A stretch of 64,000 nucleotides of DNA from Candidatus Kapaibacterium sp. (GCA_963665665.1 OY762428.1:3840001-3904000), one strand, 5' to 3'. Numbered from the stretch's first letter, positions 28,801-39,060 are shown. Notes: generated from the sequence alone by a model not told the origin. Translations and numbers: made by a program.

Positions 28801-31456
28801 GCCATGCTGTACCATTATTGATGGCTCGCTTGATCACTCCTGCTTCTCTGTCCCCACCTACATCTTCACTATATTTTCTTATGAATGAAGTGTCTGCACA
28901 TAAGTCAGAGTTATAAATATCATAAGAAAAACTCAGATTGTAATTATAAAAAATATCTCTTTCCTGCTCGTTAAATCCTCCCGAAAGATAAAGGAAATCC
29001 TTCATCCAGGGCCTTGGCGGAGTGTTTTCATAGGAAACGATTTTATCTATGTAATCCGAGGCAAGTTGTTCATTATATACCGGTATACGTCCTATCATCG
29101 CATCGGGTTCCAAATCATTCCCGTCAAGCAAAGTGTAGTAAAAGTCTGATACAGGAAATCCCCATGCCGGAATATAATCTTCATTTACTGCACCTTTGCT
29201 GACTTTTCGGGGATCCCAGGAAGCATCCCCGAACAAGACAATAAACTCCGGAGGAACCAATTGGTTGTTGTAACAATATTTCAGATAATCCCTTACTGTT
29301 TCCGAAGATTTTTTTCCGTAGTTAAATTCTTTATAAATATTATCAATATCAGTCAGCTTACAGGAAATACCATCTGTTTCTCTTATTTCAGCGAGATATT
29401 CAGCTGCCTTTTTAAATTTTTCATGATATATAATTATTGCCCGTGCATCCTGAGTATCAGTAAGGGTGCTTTTTTTAACTTTAGTTATCAATGGTCTTTC
29501 AATTTCAATCATCGATTGAACGAAAACGTGATAATCTCTGCCTGATTTGAAATTTAAATCGAAGCTATATGATCTTCCGTCATTGTCAGGAATAAATTCA
29601 GCAATTGAAACCGCTTTTTCCGAAATTTCCTCTCCGAAATTTCCATCAGATAGATACCATGCATAAGAATTGCCGGAAATAAAATTATTTATTTCGGAAG
29701 CTCCCTTTGAACTAAGCCACGATTTAATATCAGAATTAATATCAATATATCCGTTTATAATACCTGCTACTACAGCAACATTACCGATAGAATCCAGGAA
29801 TTTCTTTGCTTCACCAGAAGTTGTAGCAATTCTGTATATTGCATTGTCATCAGGATTTTTCCTGTATAAAAAATGAAAACCCGGAATTTCAGATACAGAG
29901 GTATCTGAATCAATTATTATACTTGAACGGGCTTGATTGTTGGTTATTCCACCTGCTATAACAGAATATCCCGGCCGTCCATCCTTAGTGATTATTTCAT
30001 CTGTAAGCGTATCAATTATAACTATTTCCGGGGACGATAGCCCGAAAAACCTAATAGAAAAATCGTTAATATCTTTTTCAACAAAAAATTCATTGTTTCC
30101 TGCCTTTATATATGGCAGGCTTTTGTATGAAGCTTCAATCCAGTCAAACAGGGCATATCCTGATTTTCTTTCTTCGTAATCGTTGTATCTGATATGAACA
30201 TTGTTGTATCCCGTAAAAAAAATGCCATTGGCAAGTGTATCTCGATAGGTAACAGAAGCAATATTTTCATACCCGACATTTCGAATAGTATCTCCGTTAA
30301 CAAGCTGTTCAATATTATTTTTATGAATATAAAATCCGGTTTTGGTAAAAGTTGTATCAGTCATCGCAACCCTCATTGCCAGCTCAACAGGATTGGAATT
30401 TGCAACAGGAGTCAGCATCACATCAGTTTTAAAATCCCGGCTTGTCAGTGCATCAATTTTATCGCCCCAGTACCAACCTTCATTAATGATATTCTGAGTG
30501 AAAATGTAATGAATCCCCCCCCAGTAAAATGTTTCGTTTTCAAAGTGAATGTAAGATTTTACATAATCCCTTTCAAATCCGGGGGTAGAAGGTTCGTTAT
30601 AAATATTAAATCTTAGCCCGTCAGAATTTTTATCATAATACAAATAAAAAGGTTCGTATCTGCTGAAGTAACTCCACCATGTAGTATCTCCTGCAGGCCT
30701 TTTTCCCCGAAATAAAATATAATCACTGTTGTCGATTATACCATTTTCATCGACAACATGGATTGGAACTTCATAACCGAGATACAAAAGTTTCAGCCCG
30801 GATATATTCTTTCCCGACAAATTATCTTCAGGAAGTTCTGAGATATTGATCCTGGCAATTCCGTCTCTTGATGTTTCAATTCTATAATAATCAACATCAT
30901 TATCATACCAGAATTTTTCGGATTGAACCCGGTCTTTACCTGATTTCAATTTTTTAAATTGTTGGAAACTTTCGATTGCTTTTTTATTAATAACATCCGG
31001 ATACCAATTATTTATATTATCATCTACTGATTCTGATAAAACTGCCGGTTTACTGTAAAATACTTCTAAACGTATTGCAGCAGGGCTACAATTCAAAGAA
31101 TCATGAGTTTTGAATGGACTTAACTCTATTTTGTGCAGATAAACTCCTCGTCTTTTCCCGATATAAGTCCAATTAATTACACAGTCATAACCTCCGGGCT
31201 CTTCTTCATTTTCTGAATATGAGATATTCATAACAGGTTTCAGAGAGTCAGGCAGTGCTATTATCCATTCCGGCCTTTCAGCTGTTTGTCCGGCAGGTAT
31301 CAGGCTTGAATTTTCTGTGAGCTTAACTTCAAGATCAATTTTTTCAGAATACTCCCTTATATTAAAATCTTTATAATCCGAATGCAATTGAGCGTAAGCA
31401 TTATCCGGAATTAACACAAGGACCAGTGAAAGCAACAAAAAAAACCTGCCAACCAT
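25847..31456 (-). CDS. Peptidase C25 (gingipain/PorU-like) with CARDB-like and FlgD/T9SS C-terminal domains
   Basis: FIVLFGDASWDP, SDFYY, IGRIPV, NYVGHA and TLAC (His-Cys dyad), LLADP, NYPNPF..WDG..PGTYYY. Confidence 0.88.
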   Translation of the reverse strand: MVGRFFLLLSLVLVLIPDNAYAQLHSDYKDFNIREYSEKIDLEVKLTENSSLIPAGQTAERPEWIIALPDSLKPVMNISYSENEEEPGGYDCVINWTYIGKRRGVYLHKIELSPFKTHDSLNCSPAAIRLEVFYSKPAVLSESVDDNINNWYPDVINKKAIESFQQFKKLKSGKDRVQSEKFWYDNDVDYYRIETSRDGIARINISELPEDNLSGKNISGLKLLYLGYEVPIHVVDENGIIDNSDYILFRGKRPAGDTTWWSYFSRYEPFYLYYDKNSDGLRFNIYNEPSTPGFERDYVKSYIHFENETFYWGGIHYIFTQNIINEGWYWGDKIDALTSRDFKTDVMLTPVANSNPVELAMRVAMTDTTFTKTGFYIHKNNIEQLVNGDTIRNVGYENIASVTYRDTLANGIFFTGYNNVHIRYNDYEERKSGYALFDWIEASYKSLPYIKAGNNEFFVEKDINDFSIRFFGLSSPEIVIIDTLTDEIITKDGRPGYSVIAGGITNNQARSSIIIDSDTSVSEIPGFHFLYRKNPDDNAIYRIATTSGEAKKFLDSIGNVAVVAGIINGYIDINSDIKSWLSSKGASEINNFISGNSYAWYLSDGNFGEEISEKAVSIAEFIPDNDGRSYSFDLNFKSGRDYHVFVQSMIEIERPLITKVKKSTLTDTQDARAIIIYHEKFKKAAEYLAEIRETDGISCKLTDIDNIYKEFNYGKKSSETVRDYLKYCYNNQLVPPEFIVLFGDASWDPRKVSKGAVNEDYIPAWGFPVSDFYYTLLDGNDLEPDAMIGRIPVYNEQLASDYIDKIVSYENTPPRPWMKDFLYLSGGFNEQERDIFYNYNLSFSYDIYNSDLCADTSFIRKYSEDVGGDREAGVIKRAINNGTAWLNYVGHAAAEVFDMDGWHASTLNNTGRYGIFSTLACNSSAYGEPTIQSRNEEYMTEPLKGFVGSIGSSNVSNLDVDLAFFSYAMKSIFDPQIKGRYLGHIMNYGKSGLRGDYDWYRHGKYQFTLLADPMIRFKVDTTANPYIDKFDVKFLRENNQDGLVQSSDSIMIISGNIYNAGIKTNDYFELVIERSVGNDIFQDTVAFQGICRYADFEFRLPVKGLPGEHKIKLIIDPEQLLVDSDRDNNKLDISHQVYEPALTAFDPMPNWNVYQGRPVFRLINRIQSESDFSYDFYLTSINDSETKLYISTRDEIIVDENYIDWIPEYEFENNSGYNLFARLTDNISGVSSAYLTLPFYTDNEDIESGVKAVEGGKMGFRGSDFTGMQIEVSDHEYLTNEIIPQNFTILGLNGTQDLQPQKWVKMNIGENSIVNGPFHRGINIAAVSMFTGEVRYRRYDTWKTPDTISTMIKFIRDSISNNEYLALATCDNALYKIFSDDVISTTLLDSLKETFRMYGSKFIDSLDSTCSFVILSHRNAEEDKVFENYYPGTDTAAISGDIPFYTSDAKFTSKIFGPAKKWKYLTLDNEFTDYNSSCTITLAGIDYNGKETKIQEISGDTDLSGIDAGKYPFLKLLYQVNLIEFSDSFKINSLSFDFIPAAELILRDHYINFESPAIMRGDIEDFACKIVNISRRTVSEPGNIRGNILNDQGVLSTFDLNYPNIDINSSSTITSEIETSNIDLINSLQLNVNNIRTENEFIYSNNIAVSKFYVYEDTTKPEIFLYADNYILEENGYTSIHPEMKIEIYDNSRLVIDDPNNIDIWIDGYRQNLASTTEWFFESFPVSAGLKCIIRFTPQDLDYTQHWIRIAASDASGNSDTLFRYFNVSLNGEIYGLSNYPNPFGEYLNIDFRVKGPEPGGQVVVDIYNSIGQLVRSIKQNMTIGRHEVIWDGFNGNGNRAAPGTYYYIIRLNGSIYADPKFGKAMFIR

Positions 31457-31534
31457 ATTTATTTACCTGTAAAATTTTAACATTCAAATCTAATGACAAT
31501 TCAGCTCTTTAATTATTTTCAAACAGCAAAACAT

Positions 31535-31571
31535 AAAAAAAACCGCATTAGTATTATAACACCAATGCGGC
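31535..31571 (-). terminator. Rho-independent terminator
   Basis: On the minus strand CCGCATT..AATGCGG followed by a T-tract. Confidence 0.65.
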
Positions 31572-31596
31572 TGATTTGTCACATAAAGACAAAATT

Positions 31597-32964
31597 TTAT
31601 CTTCTTCTCAGATTTCCGCCGTGCCCTGGATGTTTGGCAGTATCTTCGCGAACTCCAATCAAAATCTTGTCAACAATTGCTTTGGCGACAGATTTCTCGA
31701 TATTGTTTTCACTTGTCATGTACTCGGAAATTGCGCTTTCAACACGGTTACGTATGATTTCAGCAGTTTGTCCAACAAGAGCGTTGGAAAGCTGGTGAAT
31801 ATCTGACTGCTGTCCTTTAAGAGTTTCAAGCTGGCTGCGGTTTGCATCTTCCATTTTCTTCATCATCTTGTCCATACGTTCTTCTTCTTCAGTGTAGAAG
31901 AGTGTGATGGCAAGAAGCATAAGCATGGTAAACTCAAGTGTAATAGCAAGAAGGATGAAAGAAGGTTTTGTAGGCGGAATAAATTTCAGACCGCGAATAC
32001 CAACGGCAACGATAAGGAATGCAGCACCGCCATAAGCCATACCGGTAACGTTGTTTGAATATTTTTCAGTGAAGTGGTGCGACATATAAAGCCTGAGGCC
32101 TTTGCCGATAAGAAGGTGATTCCTGCGCCAGTTAAGGCCGTCTTTTGTATCTTCAATTTCTTTAACAACAAAGTCAGAGAAAAATTCTTTGATACGGCCG
32201 TAAAGAACTGTGTTACGGAATTTTACGATATCTGTATTTTCATCGAACAAGTCGTCGAAGTTAACGTGGTGTTTTGCAGAAGCAAGTTCTTCAGTTTCTG
32301 TCCTGTCCCAAACCATCAGGAAGGCATGTTCAACTTCGTGAACTTCTTTTTCTGCAAGTTTATCATCCGGCATGATCAGGAGCTCCACGATATCTGAAGA
32401 AAATCCTGTTTGAAGCCTGATTTTTGTCTGTACTTCATTTATCTGTCTGTCGAAAAGAACTGCCATAAGCCCCATGCCGCTTGGCATAACCATAGTTATA
32501 AACACTACAATTGCTATACCAAAAACGCCTGCCAGCCACCAGAAGCCAACCCATGGCTGAAGTATAATAGCGTGCTCGCCGAGTAGCGGTGATTTAGCGT
32601 ACCATTCAGTACTTCCTTTCACATATCCGTGTACATCAGCTGTTCTTTCTGTCCATGAAAAGTCAAAAATAAAGTCGGAGTTAATGTAATCCTTTTTAAC
32701 TTCCATGTTTTTGCCTTTAAGCCCGGGTTCTTTATCCTTGGATGTTGAAGCCCATGTAAGGCCGTCGAATTGAACAAAACCGGTTTTTTCCAACTGTTCG
32801 CCGTCAGGCTGGAAAAGAGGTACCACAAATTGAGCTACTCCCCAGGGAATAACGGTAAAGTGGAAGAAAACAAAGAAGAGACCCGACAACACCAAAAAAA
32901 TCGCTACATGCTGAAAGCCAACCTTGTGTTTTTTCTCTGTTGTTTGAGATAGTGCTTGTGCCAT
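31597..32964 (-). CDS. Inner-membrane protein, GldL/PorL-like C-terminal half with long N-terminal extension
   Basis: GMAYGGAAFLIVAVG..LLAITLEFTML hairpin with an intramembrane Glu, followed by a coiled coil; upstream of the C25 gene. Confidence 0.6.
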   Translation of the reverse strand: MAQALSQTTEKKHKVGFQHVAIFLVLSGLFFVFFHFTVIPWGVAQFVVPLFQPDGEQLEKTGFVQFDGLTWASTSKDKEPGLKGKNMEVKKDYINSDFIFDFSWTERTADVHGYVKGSTEWYAKSPLLGEHAIILQPWVGFWWLAGVFGIAIVVFITMVMPSGMGLMAVLFDRQINEVQTKIRLQTGFSSDIVELLIMPDDKLAEKEVHEVEHAFLMVWDRTETEELASAKHHVNFDDLFDENTDIVKFRNTVLYGRIKEFFSDFVVKEIEDTKDGLNWRRNHLLIGKGLRLYMSHHFTEKYSNNVTGMAYGGAAFLIVAVGIRGLKFIPPTKPSFILLAITLEFTMLMLLAITLFYTEEEERMDKMMKKMEDANRSQLETLKGQQSDIHQLSNALVGQTAEIIRNRVESAISEYMTSENNIEKSVAKAIVDKILIGVREDTAKHPGHGGNLRRR

Positions 32965-33615
32965 TGTAATCGCTGCTCCTAAGTAGTTTAAATAAGTTAT
33001 TTTTGACTTGTCTTAGCGGGGAGTTTGTTTGGGTATCTCTTCGACTCTCAAAAATAAAATCTTAAAGTTTAATTATCAATTTATTTAAGTTAACAAATAT
33101 TATATTTCAAAACAAATTACTTAATACTTCAAATTTATAACATAGTTATGAAATATCAAATTAAAATTTTTCCACAAATCATTTTTTTTCACAATTTTCA
33201 CCTTGCCACGATTAAAACCGTAGTGATAGATGACTTGTTAATTTATTACTTTTTTAGGATATTTCAAACAAATTTGCTCAAAAAAGATTAATATTCAACA
33301 AATATTTTTCTTTTTAGAAGAATATGTATAAAATATTTTTTTTCTTGAGATATTTTCATAACTTGCAATTATGAGGAATAAAACGATTAAAGCGTCTTCT
33401 TGTTTGTGCAACTCCGGAACAATTCGGGGGGGATCTTTTATATCCTCAGTTTTAGTTACCCAAAAGCATCTGATCTATTTGCTAAACTCAGGTGCAATCC
33501 CGCTATAAACCTATCCCTTTAAAATTTGCTTCGCTATCTGATCGAATAATTTAACAGTAATGTTAGAATATATAATTTTATAATTTTTTAAATCTCATAA
33601 ATCAAGGGTTATGTG

Positions 33616-34944
33616 ATGAATAAGTATAAGAATCGTTATAGTGTTGAAGCTAACAACACACATGAAGAACTCGGAAGGTATATGCTTGTTGACGGTTTTG
33701 ATTTTGTATTGGATCTTGAAAAGAGTAAAGGCGCAGGATTCGTTGAAGCCAGGACAGGCAAGGAATACCTTGATTTCTTTACATGTTTCGCATCAATGCC
33801 TATTGGCATGAACCATCCGAAAATGAAGGATGAAGATTTTATTAAATATCTTGGTAACATTGCATTGAACAAACCGTCAAACTCGGATGTTTATACCGAA
33901 GCAATGGCTACTTTTGTAAAAACTTTTCACAGTGTGGCAGGAATGGAAAAATTCAAGTATTCATTCTATGTTTCCGGCGGAGCACTCGCAGTTGAAAACG
34001 CTCTTAAAACAGCTTTTGACTGGAAAGTCCGCAAAAATTTCCAGAAGGGCTATAAGGAAGAAAAAGGAAAAAAAATTATCCATTTTAAAGAGGCTTTCCA
34101 CGGGCGCAGTGGCTATACAATGACTCTTACAAATACTGATCCTGTAAAAACAGCTTATTTCCCCCAGTTCGACTGGCCAAGGGTAACAAACCCGAAGGTT
34201 AAGTTCCCTTTGAATGATACGAATCTTGAAGAAGTAATTAAACTTGAAGAGCAGTCGGTAAAAGAAATTCAGCAGGCATTTAAAGACAATAAAGACGATA
34301 TCGCTGCAATTATAATTGAACCAATCCAGGGCGAGGGCGGCGACAACCACTTTAGACCGGAATTTATGAAGAAACTTCGCGAACTTTGCGATGAAAACGA
34401 AGCACTGCTGATTTTCGACGAAGTTCAGACAGGCGTTGGGATTACCGGTAAGTGGTGGGCTCACCAGCATACGGACGTTGTTCCCGATATTATGAGCTTT
34501 GGCAAAAAAATGCAGGTTTGCGGTATTGTAGCAACCGACAGGATTGACGACGTTCCTGACAATGTTTTCCATACTTCCAGCCGTATAAATTCAACGTGGG
34601 GCGGCAATCTTGTGGATATGGTCAGGTCAACAAGATACCTTGAGATTATAGAAGAAGAAAACCTTGTTCAGAATGCTAATGAAAAAGGCCTTTATCTTGA
34701 CGAAAAACTTACTAAACTGATGGAAAACAATCCTGAAATTATTTCCAATGTTCGCGGTAAAGGGCTTTTCCGCGCCTTTGATATGCCAAATGCAGATATT
34801 AGAAGTAAATTCCAGGCTAAAGCATTCGAAAGCGGACTTATCATTCTTCCCTGCGGAACCAACAGTATTCGCTTCAGGCCTCCGCTGAATATCACAAAAG
34901 AAGAAATTGACCGCGGTTTGGATATTATTGAAAAGTCACTCTAA
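33616..34944 (+). CDS. lat: L-lysine 6-transaminase (class III PLP aminotransferase)
   Basis: NKPSNSDVY, GGALAVENALKTAFDWK, AFHGRSGYT, EPIQGEGGD, DEVQTG, FGKKMQV, SRINSTWGG. Confidence 0.93.
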   Translation: MNKYKNRYSVEANNTHEELGRYMLVDGFDFVLDLEKSKGAGFVEARTGKEYLDFFTCFASMPIGMNHPKMKDEDFIKYLGNIALNKPSNSDVYTEAMATFVKTFHSVAGMEKFKYSFYVSGGALAVENALKTAFDWKVRKNFQKGYKEEKGKKIIHFKEAFHGRSGYTMTLTNTDPVKTAYFPQFDWPRVTNPKVKFPLNDTNLEEVIKLEEQSVKEIQQAFKDNKDDIAAIIIEPIQGEGGDNHFRPEFMKKLRELCDENEALLIFDEVQTGVGITGKWWAHQHTDVVPDIMSFGKKMQVCGIVATDRIDDVPDNVFHTSSRINSTWGGNLVDMVRSTRYLEIIEEENLVQNANEKGLYLDEKLTKLMENNPEIISNVRGKGLFRAFDMPNADIRSKFQAKAFESGLIILPCGTNSIRFRPPLNITKEEIDRGLDIIEKSL

Positions 34945-34975
34945 AATATTCATCCCCGAACATACCCTTTTCTTG

Positions 34976-35003
34976 TCCCCCTTTAACCAGGGGGATTTTT
35001 TTT
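34976..35003 (+). terminator. Rho-independent terminator
   Basis: TCCCCCT..AGGGGGA followed by a T-tract after lat. Confidence 0.7.
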
Positions 35004-35080
35004 GTTAAGATTATTATGGAAAAAGCTTTTCTGACGGCCAATATTCTTAAACTAAATTCCGGATTTTGCTATTTATGCAT

Positions 35081-35605
35081 CTAAATAAAATAACCGGGCA
35101 GTAATCGAGTTAGTTCATTAAGATTGTCGATCCTGAAATCTGAATATGCTCCTTCCGCTTCGTGCCCCACATTAACGGATTTTATTCCGGCATTACTTGC
35201 GGCAATAGCATCTTTATCGCTGTCGCCAATCATAAAGCAGTCGCTTTTTTCAAGGTTAAATTTTTTCATGGCTGATAATAACATACCGGGCTCGGGCTTC
35301 CTGCATGAGCATTTATCCGTCGCCAGGTGCGGGCAAAATTCAATGTGATCGAATTTACGACCGTATTTATCTTGAAGATAGTTCTGCATAAATGTATGCG
35401 CTGAATTCAAATCCTCTACTGTCATCAGACCCTTTCCTATTCCCTGCTGATTTGTGATCAATATGAGAATAATATCCGGGTGTATTTTTGGAAATATTTC
35501 CAGGAAGTCCGGAATAAATGAGAATGAATCGGGAGAGCTTACGTATTCTCCTACCGGACGATAGTTTATTGTTCCGTCGCGGTCGAAAAGCAGGGCTTTT
35601 TTCAT
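35081..35605 (-). CDS. gmhB: HAD IIIA phosphatase (heptose-1,7-bisphosphate phosphatase-like)
   Basis: FDRDGTIN, TNQQGIG, CPH..CSCRKPEPGM, MIGDSDKD. Confidence 0.88.
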   Translation of the reverse strand: MKKALLFDRDGTINYRPVGEYVSSPDSFSFIPDFLEIFPKIHPDIILILITNQQGIGKGLMTVEDLNSAHTFMQNYLQDKYGRKFDHIEFCPHLATDKCSCRKPEPGMLLSAMKKFNLEKSDCFMIGDSDKDAIAASNAGIKSVNVGHEAEGAYSDFRIDNLNELTRLLPGYFI

Positions 35606-36834
35606 CGCGGGTCAATCTCCTGCATAATGTCGTCAAGGGCATCCCATACGGCTTCCCAGGAGTGAGTGTTTACCATTAGTTCCCTGCCGTTGGCACTTAT
35701 CGAATCTGCCAGTTCTTTATTTGTAAGAATATCAATAGCGTGATTTGCCATTTCCACTGAATTTTCGCCAAGCATAAGGTGTTTGCCGTGTTCACCGTAA
35801 ATACCCTGGTTGCCTGTTGGTGTTGTTACTACCGGACATCCGCAGGCCATAGCTTCGAGCAGTTTGTTCTGAATTCCCGATCCGCCTGAATGTGGATGCA
35901 GAAACAGAGCCGCTTCCTGAAGGAAAGGAATCATCTCAGGCACGTTTCTGTGAAGGGAGATATAATCGTTTTCTTTAACCAGCGCTTCAACTGCAGGGGT
36001 TGGGTTGGCCCCGACAAGATTCAGCCTCGTTTCGGGTAATTTTTCATGAACAAGGGGCATTATTTTTCCAACTATCTGTCTTATCATCAAAACGTTTGCC
36101 CAGATATCCAGCTTTCCACTGAACAGAATATCTTTCCTGTTGGAATTATTTTCCGGAGTAGTGTAACTATATATATCAGTTCCGTTTGTAAGCAGCCTGT
36201 AAACAGCATCGGAGTTTTGGCCTTTCATTGCTTCGATATCTTCTCTTGTAACAAGAGTTGTTATATCGAAATGGTTAACAATTTCAGGCTCATATTTTTT
36301 TAGTTTAAAGTATTCCCAGGAGCGAACAGACTTCTGAACCAGGTTATCGCTTTCCTCCGAAGATCTTTTTTGATATAGAGTTCGGCAGTCCTCGGCTATA
36401 AGCACTTTTTTAATATTTTTATTCTTCAGATACTCTGCTGTGCGCATAAAAAATGCAAAGGCAATATCGAAATCGTTATCTTCGATCAACTTATCAACAA
36501 TACGGCGATAATCTGCCTGATAGTAATAGGATATTTCCAGAGGATATCTGAAAGGCAGGCGAAGAATGGTTTCGACGCCGGCTTTAACGGGGTTTAGCCT
36601 GAGATATTCGAGCTTTGCGCCGAGGCCGGTTATTGCTTCAACATATTTTTTTGAAGGTGCTTCGCCCTGATAGAATGAAACAAGGGTAAGGTCATGATAT
36701 TTTGCAAGATGCTTTATCAGGTTATACGGTTTCAGCCTGTCTCCGCCGATAAGAGGATAAATAAATCTCGGAGTAAGAAAAAGTATTTTCCTTCTTCTCT
36801 TCATGTTCGCTGATTCGCTGTTTTCCTTGTCCAT
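35602..36834 (-). CDS. Glycosyltransferase family 4
   Basis: GSGIQNKLLEAMACGCPVVTT. Confidence 0.9.
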   Translation of the reverse strand: MDKENSESANMKRRRKILFLTPRFIYPLIGGDRLKPYNLIKHLAKYHDLTLVSFYQGEAPSKKYVEAITGLGAKLEYLRLNPVKAGVETILRLPFRYPLEISYYYQADYRRIVDKLIEDNDFDIAFAFFMRTAEYLKNKNIKKVLIAEDCRTLYQKRSSEESDNLVQKSVRSWEYFKLKKYEPEIVNHFDITTLVTREDIEAMKGQNSDAVYRLLTNGTDIYSYTTPENNSNRKDILFSGKLDIWANVLMIRQIVGKIMPLVHEKLPETRLNLVGANPTPAVEALVKENDYISLHRNVPEMIPFLQEAALFLHPHSGGSGIQNKLLEAMACGCPVVTTPTGNQGIYGEHGKHLMLGENSVEMANHAIDILTNKELADSISANGRELMVNTHSWEAVWDALDDIMQEIDPR

Positions 36835-36922
36835 TCCGGATCCTGATAATTAATAATGTCTCAAATATAAGAAAGTCAAAATTAAGAAAAATCATTTAAT
36901 ATTGATAAACAATCATATAATA

Positions 36923-38941
36923 TCAATTCAACGGCAGTTCTTCGTCTTCGTTATCATCGTCGGATTCGTCCACGATTACGAATTTCTCAGCCAGAGTTTC
37001 ATCAACGCCTTTCAGGAACCTGGACTGTTCCGAGAGGATGAATCCGCTTTGCTGATCGTAGATATTTATCGGGTATGAAATTATCAGCCTGTCCATGGCG
37101 CGGGTACAGGCTACATAAAATAATCTTCTTTCCTCTTCCAGGTTATCAACTGATTCAACAGCAAGGGATGAAGGGAAACGTCCTTCCAGCGCCCATATCA
37201 GAAATACTGCTTTCCATTCCAGGCCTTTAGCCGAATGTATCGTTGATAAAGTCAGGTATTCCTCATCCTTTGGGAGGGGAGATAAAGATTCAAGCGATTC
37301 TGTTGGCGGTTCCAGTGCCATATCGCTAAGGAATTCCCGCAGGGATTTATATTTTTCCGCAATCATCAGGAATGTTTCAATATCTTTCCAGCGTTTTTGC
37401 CAGTCGTCATGTTTATCTTTGAGTAATGGTTTGTATATTTCCGAGATAACCGAGGCTTTTTCGGCAACGCTGCCCCTTTCGGCAGAAAGTTCCCGGAGGT
37501 CCTGGATCAGTTCTCTGACATCAGGCCCGATTCGTTTTATATCAGGGATTTTGAATTCTTTTGAAAGAAAATCCTGAGAACTGATGGAGTCTATAAGCTG
37601 GCTGGCTGTTCCGGGGCCGATACCTTTCTGCAACAGCAATACCCGATGCCAGGAAACTGCGTCGAGCGGATTAAACAGAATACGGATATATGCCAGCATA
37701 TCTTTGATATGGGCTGTTTCCATAAGTTTCAGCCCGCCGAATTTCCTGAATGGAATGTTTGCCCTGCTGAGTTCTATCTCCAGATCGAAAGAATGAAACC
37801 CTGACCGGAACAAAACTGCAATATCGTCAAGGCTGTATCCTTCTTCCCTCAATTCCAGAATATATTGCGATACGAATTCAGACTGCTGCCTTTCATCTCC
37901 GGCGCAAACTATCATTGGCAGTTCATCGCCTGTTTTACGCGTGAACAATTCCTTTTCGTATTTATAAATGGCTTCGCCGATCACTGTATTGGTCAGGTTC
38001 AGGATTGGCTGGGTACTTCTGTAGTTTTCCTCGATCTTGAATATCTCGCATTTTTCGAATGATTCAGGAAAGAACATTATATTCTGAAAATTAGCGCCCC
38101 TGAACGAATAAATACTCTGGGCATCGTCGCCAACAGCCATAATGTTATTATGTCCTTCGGCAATTTTCAATACTATCTCGTGCTGAAGGCGGTTGGTATC
38201 CTGGTATTCATCTACCATAATATATTTATAATTTTTGTTGACCTCTTTGCGTATTTCCTCGTGATCTTTTAATAAATTCAAAAGATGAAGCAGCAGGTCG
38301 TCGTAATCCATCAGGCTGTATTTCTTCTTGTATTCAGCGTAATTATCAAAGATCAGTTTTATTTCATCAGAATAATCAATGTATCTCGGGAAATCCTTTT
38401 CGAGTATATTCTCCAGGCTTTCCTGTTTGTTTGTCATAAATCCGAGAATTTTAGCCAGCGTATTTTTCCTGGGGAATTGCCTTTTTGATTTGTCAAGTTT
38501 CAGTTCTGCCCGAAGTATATTTAGCACATCTTCGCTGTCTCCCTGGTCCAGGATATTGAAACTCTGCCTGAAACCAATATGCGCGGCGTATTTTCTTAGT
38601 AACTGCAAAGCGAAAGAGTGAAAAGTCCCGCCGGATACCTTGTCGCAGCGTCCATCCAGGATAATTGATGCCCTTCTTAGCATCTCGGATGCTGATTTGC
38701 GGGTGAAAGTTAATAATAAAATTGATTCCGGCACTACTCCGTCCTCTATCAGCCTTGCAACACGGTAAACAAGTGTCCTGGTTTTTCCGGTACCTGCTCC
38801 GGCAATTACAAGAGCCGGCCCGTTATTATGCATTACTGCTTCATACTGGGCTGCATTCAGTTCCCTTTCATAAGATATTTTATATCCTATTCGTTTGCGG
38901 GGTGTTATGTCTGACTTCTTTTTAAGAACAAATTTTTTCAT
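36923..38941 (-). CDS. Second UvrD/Rep family helicase
   Basis: AGAGTGKTRTL, MVDEYQDTN, STIHSAKGLEW, EERRLFYVACTRA; ATG 38941 preferred. Confidence 0.93.
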   Translation of the reverse strand: MKKFVLKKKSDITPRKRIGYKISYERELNAAQYEAVMHNNGPALVIAGAGTGKTRTLVYRVARLIEDGVVPESILLLTFTRKSASEMLRRASIILDGRCDKVSGGTFHSFALQLLRKYAAHIGFRQSFNILDQGDSEDVLNILRAELKLDKSKRQFPRKNTLAKILGFMTNKQESLENILEKDFPRYIDYSDEIKLIFDNYAEYKKKYSLMDYDDLLLHLLNLLKDHEEIRKEVNKNYKYIMVDEYQDTNRLQHEIVLKIAEGHNNIMAVGDDAQSIYSFRGANFQNIMFFPESFEKCEIFKIEENYRSTQPILNLTNTVIGEAIYKYEKELFTRKTGDELPMIVCAGDERQQSEFVSQYILELREEGYSLDDIAVLFRSGFHSFDLEIELSRANIPFRKFGGLKLMETAHIKDMLAYIRILFNPLDAVSWHRVLLLQKGIGPGTASQLIDSISSQDFLSKEFKIPDIKRIGPDVRELIQDLRELSAERGSVAEKASVISEIYKPLLKDKHDDWQKRWKDIETFLMIAEKYKSLREFLSDMALEPPTESLESLSPLPKDEEYLTLSTIHSAKGLEWKAVFLIWALEGRFPSSLAVESVDNLEEERRLFYVACTRAMDRLIISYPINIYDQQSGFILSEQSRFLKGVDETLAEKFVIVDESDDDNEDEELPLN

Positions 38942-39060
38942 AAAATTTGATATTTGTTTGTTTTCAATTAAATAAAAATACATAATATTGTATGGAGCGG
39001 CAAACAAAACCGGAAAGGATACGTTATATCAATAATTATTTTTTCAAGATTGGAGACACA

